From contig JBAZUE010000001.1 of the NCBI GenBank assembly GCA_041661605.1, positions 606,928-670,927 of the forward strand: DNA of 64,000 nucleotides. The letters run 5' to 3'. Below the pieces are notes generated by a model. It made no database searches. It saw only the letters and a program-made list of their open reading frames with translations, and had not been told where the DNA came from. Shown here piece after piece: positions 21,315 to 31,349 of this stretch (position 1 is its first letter; each line of letters opens with the position of its first letter). The translations under genes were made by a program, and so were the position numbers. Origin of the DNA: Candidatus Omnitrophota bacterium. Its GTDB lineage: Bacteria > Omnitrophota > Gorgyraeia > Gygaellales > Profunditerraquicolaceae.

Positions 21315-22625
21315 TTATCTCAATAAGCTTTTTAAGGTAGTTAAAAAACCGGGGAATGATTTGCTGATACAGCTAATATCATCCAGCCTTGATTTACCTT
21401 TAGCCGCTAAAGCAGCAACAACCATACTCATAGCTGTGCGGTGGTCTCCAAAACTTTTAAGCTTAGCACCATTCAAAAACCCTTTACCCTTTATAATTAT
21501 ATTCTCCAGTTTGCCGGATTTAATCGAGCGGATATCCGCCCCCATCGATATTAAGTTAGTAACCATAGAAGCAATACGGTCGGTCTCCTTGAACCTTAGC
21601 TCTCCAGCCCCCTTGATTATGGTTCTTCCTTCGGCAAAACAAGCAGCTACCATAAAAACGGGCAGCTCATCAATCAACGAAGGTATCTCGAAAGGCTTAA
21701 CCACTGTAGCCTTAAGCTTTCCGCTGGTTACTATAAGATTCCCCATGGGCTCAAAATTTTGCGTTTTCCTGTTCTCAAAAGGTACAATTTTAATTTTAGC
21801 CCCCATCCGCTTAAGGACATTGATTATTCCGCAGCGGCTTGAATTAAGACTTACACGCTCGATAACAATTTTAGCCCCGGGGGTTATTATAGCTAAAACT
21901 ACTAAAAAAGCTGCTGAAGAAATATCACCGGGGATGTAAATAATTCCCGGAGTCCTTAAGCTTCTATCCGGGATCAAAGTTATGCTGTTCTTATTGACAG
22001 TTATATTTGCTCCGAAAGTTTTAAGCATCCTCTCGGTATGGTCACGGGTGCACATACTTTCAATTACACGGGTCTTGCCGGAAGCAGACAAACCCGCCAA
22101 AAGGATCGCGGATTTAACCTGCGCCGAAGCAACAGGCAGCCGGTAAAGGATACCCTTAAGCTTTCCTCCTCTAATAACCAAAGGAGGGTACTCCTCTTTG
22201 CCTTTCTTTTTTGCGGTAATTCTTGCCCCCATCAGACGTAAAGGCTTATCTACCCTGGACATTGGCCTGGCAGAAAGATATTTACCAGCTATAATTTTAG
22301 TTTCAAAATCCGTTCCAGCTAACACACCCAAGATTAAGCGCAAGGTTGTTCCGGAATTATTAACAAAAAGAGGCTTCCGGGGTTTTCTTAACCCCTGAGA
22401 GCCCCATACCAAAACCTGCTTATTATTATGTTTGATCTTCACCCCCAAAGCAACCAAAGCATTTAAGGTAGCCAGGGAATCATCATGAACAGGAAAATTT
22501 CTTATAATAATTTTATCGCGGCTTAAGGCGCCGATTATCAGCGCACGGTGAGCTATGGATTTATCGCCGACAAGACTGATTCTTCCACGAGGGGTAAACT
22601 TATCATTTACTGCGAAAGGCTTCAT
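21315..22625 (-). CDS. aroA: 3-phosphoshikimate 1-carboxyvinyltransferase (EPSP synthase)
   Basis: Typical AroA motifs: GDKSIAHRALI, NSGTTLRL, and DHRTAMS near the C-terminus. Confidence 0.9.
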   Translation of the reverse strand: MKPFAVNDKFTPRGRISLVGDKSIAHRALIIGALSRDKIIIRNFPVHDDSLATLNALVALGVKIKHNNKQVLVWGSQGLRKPRKPLFVNNSGTTLRLILGVLAGTDFETKIIAGKYLSARPMSRVDKPLRLMGARITAKKKGKEEYPPLVIRGGKLKGILYRLPVASAQVKSAILLAGLSASGKTRVIESMCTRDHTERMLKTFGANITVNKNSITLIPDRSLRTPGIIYIPGDISSAAFLVVLAIITPGAKIVIERVSLNSSRCGIINVLKRMGAKIKIVPFENRKTQNFEPMGNLIVTSGKLKATVVKPFEIPSLIDELPVFMVAACFAEGRTIIKGAGELRFKETDRIASMVTNLISMGADIRSIKSGKLENIIIKGKGFLNGAKLKSFGDHRTAMSMVVAALAAKGKSRLDDISCISKSFPGFLTTLKSLLR

Positions 22626-23485
22626 TTAGCCTTTTGTACTACTAAATCATTTTCTTTAATTACATCTTTCAGCTCTGCCGCAAAACCTGCAGCAGACATT
22701 GACTCATGAACCTTTTCCACTTTTATGTCTCCGATAACCCTTCCTTCACGATATATGGAAAATTGGTCTCCCTTACTTACGCCATCCTTTTCCCCTAAAT
22801 TGATTACCACAAAATTATACTCTTTATTTACTACCGTGACCTTACCCTCCAAAGGCTTATCCTGGAAAAGATCCTTTTTCCCTTTTGTCTTTGCCGGTTC
22901 AGGAACAGGCGGATTTATATTCTTCACAACCGGGGTATTTGCCTTTTTAGAAGAGTCGGCTTTAGCAGGTTCTGCGACTTCGCTATTTACCACAACTTTA
23001 CCCAGCTCCACTCCGCTGGCGCTGGTTTCCAAATCCTTGATCTTGGTCTTAAGCTCCTCTTTCTGCTGATCCATAATCTTCAGTTGTTCTTTTAACTTCC
23101 TACCGTCATCTTGAGCCTGGGCAAGTTTACCCTCTAAATCTTGACGCGAAATCTTCTGCTGCTCTATATCCGCCTTAAACTGCTCCAATTCATTTAAAGC
23201 CTCCTGCCGCGCCGACTTTTCCTTATCAAGCTCTTCAGTTATAGTAGCGATGCGATCCTTGTTCTCCTGTAATTTAATCATCAGCTCCGAGACATTTTTC
23301 TTAGAAGCTTCAAGCTTATCCTCGATAATGCGTTCACGCGCAGTTAGCTCATCAACCTGAAGCTGCAGTTTTTCACTTTTTATACGTTCATTTTGGAATA
23401 GATAGGATAATCCGCCGATAACCACTAACGAAACAATGGTTAACCCAATTAAAACAAATTTCAAGATGCCTCCCTTGCGATTCAT
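22622..23485 (-). CDS. Membrane-anchored long coiled-coil protein with a C-terminal small beta-barrel-like domain, hypothetical
   Basis: The start is set at MNRKGG, with AGGAGG 5 nt upstream. It has one TM helix, about 150 aa of heptad-rich E/K/Q/L sequence, and a Pro/Lys linker. The C-terminus reads GKVTVVNKEYNFVVINLGEKDGVSKGDQFSIY. Its stop overlaps the aroA start (ATGA). Confidence 0.55.
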   Translation of the reverse strand: MNRKGGILKFVLIGLTIVSLVVIGGLSYLFQNERIKSEKLQLQVDELTARERIIEDKLEASKKNVSELMIKLQENKDRIATITEELDKEKSARQEALNELEQFKADIEQQKISRQDLEGKLAQAQDDGRKLKEQLKIMDQQKEELKTKIKDLETSASGVELGKVVVNSEVAEPAKADSSKKANTPVVKNINPPVPEPAKTKGKKDLFQDKPLEGKVTVVNKEYNFVVINLGEKDGVSKGDQFSIYREGRVIGDIKVEKVHESMSAAGFAAELKDVIKENDLVVQKAK

Positions 23486-23578
23486 CTTACCTCCTTTATA
23501 ATTTAACAAATTTGTTAACCCTTACTATAACATTAGTTACGTGAAAATCAAGTACTTTATAGTTTTTATCTAGCGTAA

Positions 23579-23605
23579 GTCCTTGCGAGTAAAACGAGCA
23601 AGGGC
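23579..23605. repeat. Hairpin repeat CCTTGCTCGTnTTnCTCGCAAGG (copy 3, minus orientation)
   Basis: The reverse complement GCCCTTGCTCGTTTTACTCGCAAGGAC matches 56156-56180 at 22 of 24 core positions. It lies just 3' of the rluD stop. Confidence 0.6.
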
Positions 23606-23613
23606 AAATGCCT

Positions 23614-24528
23614 TCAAAAATTCTTCTTTATGAACTCCTGAAACTCTCTGGGAATTTCACTTGAAAAATGCACGAACTTGCCCGTGGATGGATGGATGAA
23701 ACCAAGCTCCTGCGCATGCAGTGCCATGCGGGAAAAAATATTATTCTTGCCGTATTTAACGTCGCCTAAAATAGGATGCCCTAAGAAAGCCAAATGCACC
23801 CTTAGTTGATGCGTCCTGCCGGTAAAAGGCCTCAACTCCAAAAAACTGAAATTATTGTTTCGTTTTAAAGTACGATAATGCGTTTTGGCATAGCGGGTAT
23901 TTTCCGAGAAACTAACCGACATATCCTGTCTTTTTAACGGATGCCTGCCGATCGGAACTTCAATCACATCTTCATCAAATTCAACTTCTCCGGAAACTAT
24001 AGCTACATATTTACGTTCAATACTGTGTTCGGCAAACTGTTTTGCCAGTTTTAAATGGCTGGCATTGTTCTTAGCGATAACCAGAAGCCCGCTGGTTTCT
24101 TTATCCAGGCGATGGACAATCCCGGGCCGGTTTTTATTGATGTCGGAGAGCTGACTGAACCTGCCGAGCAAAGCATTGACTAAAGTATGTTCCCTGTTAC
24201 CCGGTGCCGGATGCACCACCAAACCCGGCTGTTTATTAATAATTGCCAAATCATCATCCTCATAAACTACATCCAGGGATATCTGCTCAGGAAGTATCTG
24301 CGCCTTTTCTTTTTCGGGAAGGATAACCCGTACCTCTTCTGCTGATTTTACCTTATAATGGGGTTTGTTAACGGGGGTTGAATTTAAAAAAACATTGCCG
24401 GCGGCAATAAGTTTTTGAATGTTCGTACGTGATAAACCTAAATTATTATTGCTGGCATATTCAGACAGCAATAAATCCAGGCGCATCTTCGCCTGCTCAG
24501 GCAAGACAAGAAACGATAATTCTTTCAT
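23614..24528 (-). CDS. rluD: 23S rRNA pseudouridine synthase, RluA family (RluD-like)
   Basis: N-terminal S4 domain and catalytic HRLDKETSGLL motif. Confidence 0.88.
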   Translation of the reverse strand: MKELSFLVLPEQAKMRLDLLLSEYASNNNLGLSRTNIQKLIAAGNVFLNSTPVNKPHYKVKSAEEVRVILPEKEKAQILPEQISLDVVYEDDDLAIINKQPGLVVHPAPGNREHTLVNALLGRFSQLSDINKNRPGIVHRLDKETSGLLVIAKNNASHLKLAKQFAEHSIERKYVAIVSGEVEFDEDVIEVPIGRHPLKRQDMSVSFSENTRYAKTHYRTLKRNNNFSFLELRPFTGRTHQLRVHLAFLGHPILGDVKYGKNNIFSRMALHAQELGFIHPSTGKFVHFSSEIPREFQEFIKKNF

Positions 24529-25265
24529 TTTATTTCTTTTTTAACGCAAAGGAGCCTGATAAGCATGGTGACGGAGAAAAAAAACATTGCCAGGCTTAAA
24601 AGCTGGAAAAAAGTCAAGCCCTGAAATAGCCTCGGGCTGTCATCCCGGAAGAATTCAATAAAAAAACGTTTCATTGAATAAAGAAAAAGGTAGCTGTACA
24701 AGATCTGACCCGGTAGATGTTTTTTGCCCTGTATAAACCTTAAGGCAAAAAAGATTAAGAACATAAGCAGGCTTGAATATAATTGAGTAGGGATAAGGAC
24801 CTTACCGGAAACCGGAAAATATATTCCGAATGCGGATTCTTTACCATAGCAGCAGCCATTCAAAAAACAACCTATCCTTCCGATTGCCTGCCCCAAAGCG
24901 ATAAAGGGGGCCAATAAATCTAAGGTCATAAGCAGATTCATTTTGTTCCTTATAATATAAAAGCAGGCAAAAATAGAACCAAAAATTATTCCGCCAAAAA
25001 TAGCCATTCCTCCATGCTGCAACATAACAATCTCAAGCGGATGCTTAAGATAATAATAAAGGTTGCTGATTACGTAAAGGAAACGCGAACCGATGATGCC
25101 CGCAATAAATACATAAAAACAAAGATTAAAAATTTTATCGGGATCAATTTGCATTTTTACCGCCTGGCGGCAAGCAAGATGGGCTGAAACAAAAAAAGCC
25201 AAAACCAGCATAAGGCCGTAAGAATAAATGGTAAAAGGACCGATGTGGCAGATTTCAGGTAACAT
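24525..25265 (-). CDS. lgt: Prolipoprotein diacylglyceryl transferase
   Basis: Polytopic protein with Lgt motifs (GRIGCFLNGCCYG). It is adjacent to lspA. Confidence 0.88.
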   Translation of the reverse strand: MLPEICHIGPFTIYSYGLMLVLAFFVSAHLACRQAVKMQIDPDKIFNLCFYVFIAGIIGSRFLYVISNLYYYLKHPLEIVMLQHGGMAIFGGIIFGSIFACFYIIRNKMNLLMTLDLLAPFIALGQAIGRIGCFLNGCCYGKESAFGIYFPVSGKVLIPTQLYSSLLMFLIFFALRFIQGKKHLPGQILYSYLFLYSMKRFFIEFFRDDSPRLFQGLTFFQLLSLAMFFFSVTMLIRLLCVKKEIK

Positions 25266-25698
25266 TTTTGCTAAACAATATCTCCCAGCTTAATAACAGC
25301 GCTCCTATGGTTAAGGCGGAATCCGCAAGGTTGAAAACCGGCCAAAAACGCAAATCCAGAAAATCAATTACATATCCAAAACGCAGCCGGTCGATCAAAT
25401 TGCCGACTGAGCCGGCCAAAATCAGGCTTAATGATATTTTATAAAGCAAGGGGATTTTTTTATTTTTTAAATGGAGAAAAATAAACAGGATGACAAAAAA
25501 AGAAATCAACACGAAGAAGAACAATTGGTTCTTAAGCATTCCGAATGCCGCTCCGCGGTTATAAACGAGCGTCATATATAAAAAATTCTTTATCAGGCTA
25601 ACCGGAGTATTTAATTGAAGGAACCTTACAACGATGAATTTGCTAAGCTGGTCTAAAAAAATGACACTGGAAACAATGACAAGAATCATCCGATGCAC
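25255..25698 (-). CDS. lspA: Lipoprotein signal peptidase (signal peptidase II)
   Basis: LspA motifs are present: NRGAAFG and FNLADS. Confidence 0.88.
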   Translation of the reverse strand: MHRMILVIVSSVIFLDQLSKFIVVRFLQLNTPVSLIKNFLYMTLVYNRGAAFGMLKNQLFFFVLISFFVILFIFLHLKNKKIPLLYKISLSLILAGSVGNLIDRLRFGYVIDFLDLRFWPVFNLADSALTIGALLLSWEILFSKNVT

Positions 25699-25711
25699 CT
25701 AAAATTAGGCC

Positions 25712-26095
25712 CTACCTCTTCTCCCTTTTCTCCTGGCATTTAATGCACAGCCGGGCAGAAGGCACTGCTTTTAGCCTGATCTTAGCAATGGGGCCCTTAC
25801 AATCATCGCAAAAACCGAAACTCTCATCCTCTATCCTCTTTAATGCATCGTCCAATTCATAAAGAGAGCTTCTTTCATTGGAGGCCAAACCCAGTGAAAA
25901 CTCACGGTCATAATTATCAGTTGCCACATCAGCCATATGATAAGTATATCCGGAAATATCCCCCGAGGCCTCTTTTTGCGATTTCTTTAAGGTATCTTCG
26001 GTTATATGCTTGATATCATCAAGCACCTCTTCTTTTTTCTTAAGAATTATTTTCCTGAAATCTTTTAACTCTTTTTTAGAAAGTTTTTTCTTCAA
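25712..26095 (-). CDS. DksA/TraR family C4-type zinc finger protein
   Basis: A coiled-coil N-terminus and C-terminal CDDC...x17...CIKC. It occupies the common ileS-dksA-like-lspA position. Confidence 0.8.
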   Translation of the reverse strand: MKKKLSKKELKDFRKIILKKKEEVLDDIKHITEDTLKKSQKEASGDISGYTYHMADVATDNYDREFSLGLASNERSSLYELDDALKRIEDESFGFCDDCKGPIAKIRLKAVPSARLCIKCQEKREKR

Positions 26096-26096
26096 T

Positions 26097-28931
26097 TTAT
26101 CTTTCTCCTATAGCCTTAAGGCAATTATCACAGATTAAAGGGTGTGCGGGGTTACTGCCTACTTTTAATGAATAGTTCCAGCAACGCGGGCACTTAGAGC
26201 CTTCTGCCTTTTCTACTTTAACCGATAGATCCGCAGGACCTGTCTTATCAAAAGCCGCCTTAACCTGCGAAACCTTAAAAATCTCACACAGCTCAATATT
26301 AAAGCTTTGTAAGAATGTATAACGATCCTGGGTTTTTGTCAATATATTTATTTGCGCATCAAAAGAGCTGCCGATTTTGCCTTCTGAACGCAATTCTTCT
26401 AAAGCTTTTGCGGCAAGCGGAACTAACCCTATCAGATCCTTTAACTCCTGATCCACATTCTTTAACCCCCTGGTTTCAAAATCATCCTGCCTGAAAATGG
26501 GGTTAGCTTTCGGAAAATCCAGAAGATGCACGCTTAAACAATCAACGTCATTCTTTTCTTTGGGCATATTCCGCCAGATTTCTTCAGCAGTAAAAACTAA
26601 GATAGGAGCCATTAATCTTATCAAACAGTTCAATACTTCGTAAATCGTAGTTTGCGCCGCGCGTCTTTCCGCGGAATCAAAACGGGCTGTATAAAGCCGG
26701 CCCTTTACCATATCGAGGTAATACATGGAAAGCTCTTCGTTGCAAAAATCATAAATTCCTTTATATGCACGGTGAAATTCAAATAGAGGATTTACCTCTG
26801 CGCCATAAGCATTTTCAACATCGCCCCTTACATTTTCCATCTTATAAAGAATCCACTGATCAATCTTGCGCAGCTTTTCATAAGGCGCCCGGTCCGTGTC
26901 CGGGTTAAAATCATAAAGGTTGCTTAAAATAAATTTGGCGGTATTGCGGATCTTGCGATAGGCCTCTGAAAGGCGGCTGAGGATTTCTTTTGAGATACGG
27001 ATATCCTCATTGTAATCGCTGGAGGCTACCCACATCCTTAAAATATCCGCCCCATAATCCTTGATAATCTCAAAAGGCGAGATAACATTACCGCAAGACT
27101 TGGACATTTTTTTACCTTCACCATCAACCACAAAACCATGGGTAAGCACATTCTCAAACGGCGGTTTGCCGTCTATTGCAATTGCCGGGATAATCGATGA
27201 CTGAAACCATCCCCTGTGCTGATCAGAGCCTTCGAGGTATAATTGCGCCGGAATCCCTCCCAGCTCTTTTCTTTTTTTCAATACTGCCTGGCTGCTTACT
27301 CCGGAATCAAACCAAACATCCAGGATATCCGCGCCTTTAGAGAATGATTTTCCTTTTTTACATTCCGGGCAAATCAAACCTTCAGGAATAAAATCATTAA
27401 TATCGCGGCTAAACCAGCTATCGGAGCCTTCTGTCGCGGCAAACTGCGCGAATCTCTCGATTACTTCTGTATTAAAAAACTCTTCCTTGCAATCCTGGCA
27501 AACCAGAGCCGGAACCGGCACCCCCCAGTATCTCTGGCGGCTAAGGCACCAATCCGGCCGTAATTCCACCATCGCCGAAATCCTCTCCCGACCGGCCTCA
27601 GGAATCCAATACACATCTTCTTTTATCGCCTTCAATACTCTCTTGCGTAAGTCATGGTGGTCGATATTCAAAAACCACTGCTTAGTAGCCCTAAAAATGA
27701 TCGGATGCTTGCAGCGCCAGCAATGCGGATAAGAATGAGTTATCTTCTGCTCCAAAAACAAAGCTCCAATGGAAGACAGTTTTTCGATAATTGCCTTGTT
27801 GGCATCATACACATTCTGTCCGGCAAACTCAGCGGCGGTAGAATCAAACTTACCTCTTGCATCAACCGGCATCACGATATCCAAACCGTATTTTAATCCA
27901 ACCTGATAATCCTCCGCACCATGTCCGGGGGCAATATGCACTAAGCCTGTCCCTTCTTCTGTCGAGACATAATCAGCCAAAACCACCTTTCCTGAACGCA
28001 ATCCAAATGGATGATCATAAACAATGCCTTCTAAATCCCTGCCTTTAAAACTTTTTATCAATTCATATTTATCTATACCTGCCTGCTCCAATACATTCAG
28101 GCGCACATCGGCAATAATTAAATTGCCCTTGCTGGTCTTGATATAAGAATAACTGAGATCCGGATGTACGGCCACGGCAACATTGGCAATCAAGGTCCAC
28201 GGAGTAGTGGTCCAAATCACAAAATAGCTGTCAGGAAACATCCCCCTATTTTCTCTTGCCTTGAATTTTACGAAAACCGAAGGAGAAGTATGATTCTCGT
28301 ATTCCACCTCCGCTTCAGCCAAAGCAGTTTCACATTTAAAACACCAATTTACCGGCTTAAGCCCGCGGACAATAAATCCTTTGCCATCATCATATAGTTT
28401 GTTAAAAGATCTGATAATCGCCTCTTCATATTCATGGCTTAAAGTTAAATATGGATTTTCCCAGTCACCGAAGACCCCCAGGCGCTTAAACTGCTCTTTT
28501 TGGTTAGCCACATGCTTCATGGCATAGTCATGGGCTTTCTTCCTGAACTCAAGCTGCGGAATCTGATGTTTGGCTATCTTTAATTCTTTGAACAATTGAT
28601 GCTCGATAGGCAAACCATGGCAATCCCAGCCGGGGACATAAGGGCAATCATAACCCTGCATGGTTTTATATTTTATAACGATATCTTTTAAGGTTTTATT
28701 TAAAGCGTGGCCAATATGGATATCTCCATTGGCATAAGGCGGACCATCATGAAGGATATATTTGCCTTTTTTCGCCGGTTTATTGCGGATAAGCCCATAA
28801 AGATCCGATTTAGACCAATCCTCAAGCATAAGCGGCTCCCGTTTGGGCAAATCCGCCTTCATGGGAAAATCCGTTTTCGGAAGATTCAGGGTATGCTTGT
28901 ATTCGGAACCCGGCTTACTGTCAGTTTTCAT
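26097..28931 (-). CDS. ileS: Isoleucine--tRNA ligase (type 1, C-terminal Zn-binding)
   Basis: HIGH (PYANGDIHIGH), KMSKS, the CP1 editing domain, and C-terminal CPRCW..CDNC. Confidence 0.95.
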   Translation of the reverse strand: MKTDSKPGSEYKHTLNLPKTDFPMKADLPKREPLMLEDWSKSDLYGLIRNKPAKKGKYILHDGPPYANGDIHIGHALNKTLKDIVIKYKTMQGYDCPYVPGWDCHGLPIEHQLFKELKIAKHQIPQLEFRKKAHDYAMKHVANQKEQFKRLGVFGDWENPYLTLSHEYEEAIIRSFNKLYDDGKGFIVRGLKPVNWCFKCETALAEAEVEYENHTSPSVFVKFKARENRGMFPDSYFVIWTTTPWTLIANVAVAVHPDLSYSYIKTSKGNLIIADVRLNVLEQAGIDKYELIKSFKGRDLEGIVYDHPFGLRSGKVVLADYVSTEEGTGLVHIAPGHGAEDYQVGLKYGLDIVMPVDARGKFDSTAAEFAGQNVYDANKAIIEKLSSIGALFLEQKITHSYPHCWRCKHPIIFRATKQWFLNIDHHDLRKRVLKAIKEDVYWIPEAGRERISAMVELRPDWCLSRQRYWGVPVPALVCQDCKEEFFNTEVIERFAQFAATEGSDSWFSRDINDFIPEGLICPECKKGKSFSKGADILDVWFDSGVSSQAVLKKRKELGGIPAQLYLEGSDQHRGWFQSSIIPAIAIDGKPPFENVLTHGFVVDGEGKKMSKSCGNVISPFEIIKDYGADILRMWVASSDYNEDIRISKEILSRLSEAYRKIRNTAKFILSNLYDFNPDTDRAPYEKLRKIDQWILYKMENVRGDVENAYGAEVNPLFEFHRAYKGIYDFCNEELSMYYLDMVKGRLYTARFDSAERRAAQTTIYEVLNCLIRLMAPILVFTAEEIWRNMPKEKNDVDCLSVHLLDFPKANPIFRQDDFETRGLKNVDQELKDLIGLVPLAAKALEELRSEGKIGSSFDAQINILTKTQDRYTFLQSFNIELCEIFKVSQVKAAFDKTGPADLSVKVEKAEGSKCPRCWNYSLKVGSNPAHPLICDNCLKAIGER

Positions 28932-29788
28932 TTTACGTATTTTCCTATAATTATATTCAAATCCTTTTTAACCTTAGACGGAATAAGCTTTTTATCTGTA
29001 ACAATAGCAAATTCTAATGCCGTCCCGCAACTACAGCTTCGTTCAGGGTTTAACCCTTTGATCACCTTGCAAATAATCTTTTTAGCATTCTCCACATTCT
29101 TCTGCAGGTTGCTGATTACCATATCTAAAGTTACACTTTCATGTTCCGGATGCCAGCAATCATAATCGGTAATACAGGCAAGCGTAGAATAGCATATCTC
29201 TGCTTCACGGCAGAGCCTGGCTTCAGCCATATTTGTCATGCCGATTATATCCATGCCCCAGGCCCGATAAAGCTTGCTTTCAGCCAAAGTTGAAAATTGC
29301 GGGCCTTCCATATTAATATAAGTGCCGCTTTTGTGCATCGTCAAATTTAAAGCTTTCCCTGCCGAATAAATCTGCGCGCAAAGATCCGCGCAAACCGGAT
29401 GGCTGAAAACAATATGGCTGACTATCCCCTGGTCAAAGAAACTCATTTGGCGTCCATGGTTAGTGCGATCCACAAACTGATCTACGACCACAAAATCTAA
29501 AGGCTTCATCTCCTCTCTTAAACTTCCACAGGCGGTTACCGAAATGATCCGCTCCACCCCTAATTTCTTCATCGCGAAAATATTGGCGCGGTAATTAATT
29601 TCACTCGGAGATATGCGGTGCCCCACTCCATGGCGCGGCAGGAAAACCACTTCTTTGCCCTCCAGCCTGCCAATAGTAAATTTATCCGAAGGCTTGCCAA
29701 AAGGCGTCTTTAAGCTTAGCTGCTCTGTAATCTCCATCCCCTCAATTTTATACAACCCACTACCACCGATAATGCCGATCCTTGACAT
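28928..29788 (-). CDS. mtnP: S-methyl-5'-thioadenosine phosphorylase
   Basis: PNP_UDP_1 family with the MTAP-type sequence (IGIIGGSG, FLPRHG, GMT). Confidence 0.85.
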   Translation of the reverse strand: MSRIGIIGGSGLYKIEGMEITEQLSLKTPFGKPSDKFTIGRLEGKEVVFLPRHGVGHRISPSEINYRANIFAMKKLGVERIISVTACGSLREEMKPLDFVVVDQFVDRTNHGRQMSFFDQGIVSHIVFSHPVCADLCAQIYSAGKALNLTMHKSGTYINMEGPQFSTLAESKLYRAWGMDIIGMTNMAEARLCREAEICYSTLACITDYDCWHPEHESVTLDMVISNLQKNVENAKKIICKVIKGLNPERSCSCGTALEFAIVTDKKLIPSKVKKDLNIIIGKYVK

Positions 29789-29790
29789 TT

Positions 29791-30633
29791 CTACTCCCTC
29801 CTCGATAATTCCTGTGCGCGTTTCCTGGCGGCTTGCGCCGCCTCAGACCATGAACCATTTCCGGATAAAACCTTAAGCGCTGCTTCTGTTGTCCCGCCGG
29901 CAGAAGTTATCATTTTACGTAACTCCACAGGAGTAATACCTGTTTGGATCAAAAGCTGAACACTTGAAGCAGTTGTACAAATAGCCAAATCTAAAGCCAT
30001 CTTAGGATCAAAACCCACCTCCAATGCTGCTTGTTTTAACTTTTGGACATATTCATTCTTACGCTCAACCGGAATTTTTAAAGGATCTAATTTATTAATT
30101 TCCATGTCGAAGAAAATATATGCCGGACCGCTTCCGGAGATGGCGGTTATAGAATCAATCATTTCTTCATTTACCAGCCAAACTTTACCCAGAAGCCCGA
30201 ATAATTCTTTCGCCAAATCCAGATCCTCTTCTTCGGCATACCTTCCTTTAGCCAAACCTGTCTCTGCCGCTTGAATTTTTACCGCCATATTCGGCATTAC
30301 CCTTATTACCCTGGCTCCATTTAAGATCTTTTCAATATAACCCGTAGTTATCCCGGCAGCAATGCTAATCACCAGTTTACCCTGGATAAAAGGCTTGATT
30401 TCTCCAAGCACAATATCAAAATCCTGCGGTTTTACCGCCAATATTACGACATCTGAATTATTTATTAGATTGGCAATCAGTACTTCAGTTTTCAGGCCGC
30501 TGCTATTATTAGCCAGCTTTTGTTTATCTTTATCAAAAACGGTTACATCAAATAAAGAACGCGCCCCTAAAGCGATGGAGCTGCCCATGTTCCCGAAACC
30601 AACAACGCCTAATTTCTTCTTCATGCCTGACAT
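29791..30633 (-). CDS. proC: Pyrroline-5-carboxylate reductase
   Basis: N-terminal Rossmann GFGNMG and C-terminal P5CR dimerisation motif (SAGGTTEAAL). Confidence 0.9.
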   Translation of the reverse strand: MSGMKKKLGVVGFGNMGSSIALGARSLFDVTVFDKDKQKLANNSSGLKTEVLIANLINNSDVVILAVKPQDFDIVLGEIKPFIQGKLVISIAAGITTGYIEKILNGARVIRVMPNMAVKIQAAETGLAKGRYAEEEDLDLAKELFGLLGKVWLVNEEMIDSITAISGSGPAYIFFDMEINKLDPLKIPVERKNEYVQKLKQAALEVGFDPKMALDLAICTTASSVQLLIQTGITPVELRKMITSAGGTTEAALKVLSGNGSWSEAAQAARKRAQELSRRE

Positions 30634-30638
30634 ATATG

Positions 30639-31289
30639 TTAGCCGAAAACTGCCCTTCCCAACCGGATAATATCTGCCCCCTCTTCTATGGCTAACTCAA
30701 AATCATCCGTCATCCCCATAGAAAGAACCCATGAAGGATTTAATGTTTCGCGCAGCTCCCTGAGCTTAATAAAATACTGCCGCGCCTCTTCAGGTTTATT
30801 CACGGCAGGAGCAATTGTCATCAACCCTTTAACCCTTAAGTTATCCAAAATCAAAATTTCTTTAGAAACATCTGGGAGCGTTTCGGGCTTAAACCCGAAT
30901 TTTGTATCCTCCGGGGAGGTTTTCACCTCAAGCAAAATATCCTGGATTTTATTAATTTTAGCTGCATATTTGTTGATTTCCCGCGCCAGCTCAATACTGT
31001 CAACGGAATGTATAAGGCCAAACATTTTTAATGCATCTTTAACTTTGTTTAACTGCAAATGCCCAACCATTTGCCATTCTACTCCAGGTACCTGCCCATA
31101 CTTAATCTTTGCCTCCTGCACCCTGTTTTCCCCCAAATATCTAAGGCCTGAATTAACCGCTTCCAATATCTGTTCAACCGGCCTGCCTTTAGTTACGCAG
31201 ACCAGCGTAATCTTCTGCGGATCCACCTTGATCCTGGCACAAACAGAAGCGATGCGCTCTTTAACTCTAAGAATATTCTCTTTAATCAT
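30639..31289 (-). CDS. yggS: PLP homeostasis protein YggS/YlmE family
   Basis: Alanine-racemase N-terminal fold with the conserved VTK PLP lysine and GENRVQE, HxIGHLQxNK-like (HLQLNKV) and SMGMTDD motifs. Confidence 0.88.
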   Translation of the reverse strand: MIKENILRVKERIASVCARIKVDPQKITLVCVTKGRPVEQILEAVNSGLRYLGENRVQEAKIKYGQVPGVEWQMVGHLQLNKVKDALKMFGLIHSVDSIELAREINKYAAKINKIQDILLEVKTSPEDTKFGFKPETLPDVSKEILILDNLRVKGLMTIAPAVNKPEEARQYFIKLRELRETLNPSWVLSMGMTDDFELAIEEGADIIRLGRAVFG

Positions 31290-31302
31290 AAGCTAAATAA
31301 AT

Positions 31303-31331
31303 ATTATACACAATAAACTTCGGAGGGTCAA
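31303..31331 (-). promoter_or_regulatory. Candidate promoter for yggS-proC (very short leader)
   Basis: Minus strand reads TTGACC-17 nt-TATAAT. There are only 13 nt between the -10 and the yggS ATG, and no SD. Confidence 0.45.
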
Positions 31332-31349
31332 TGGAATTAGGTGGCGTTT

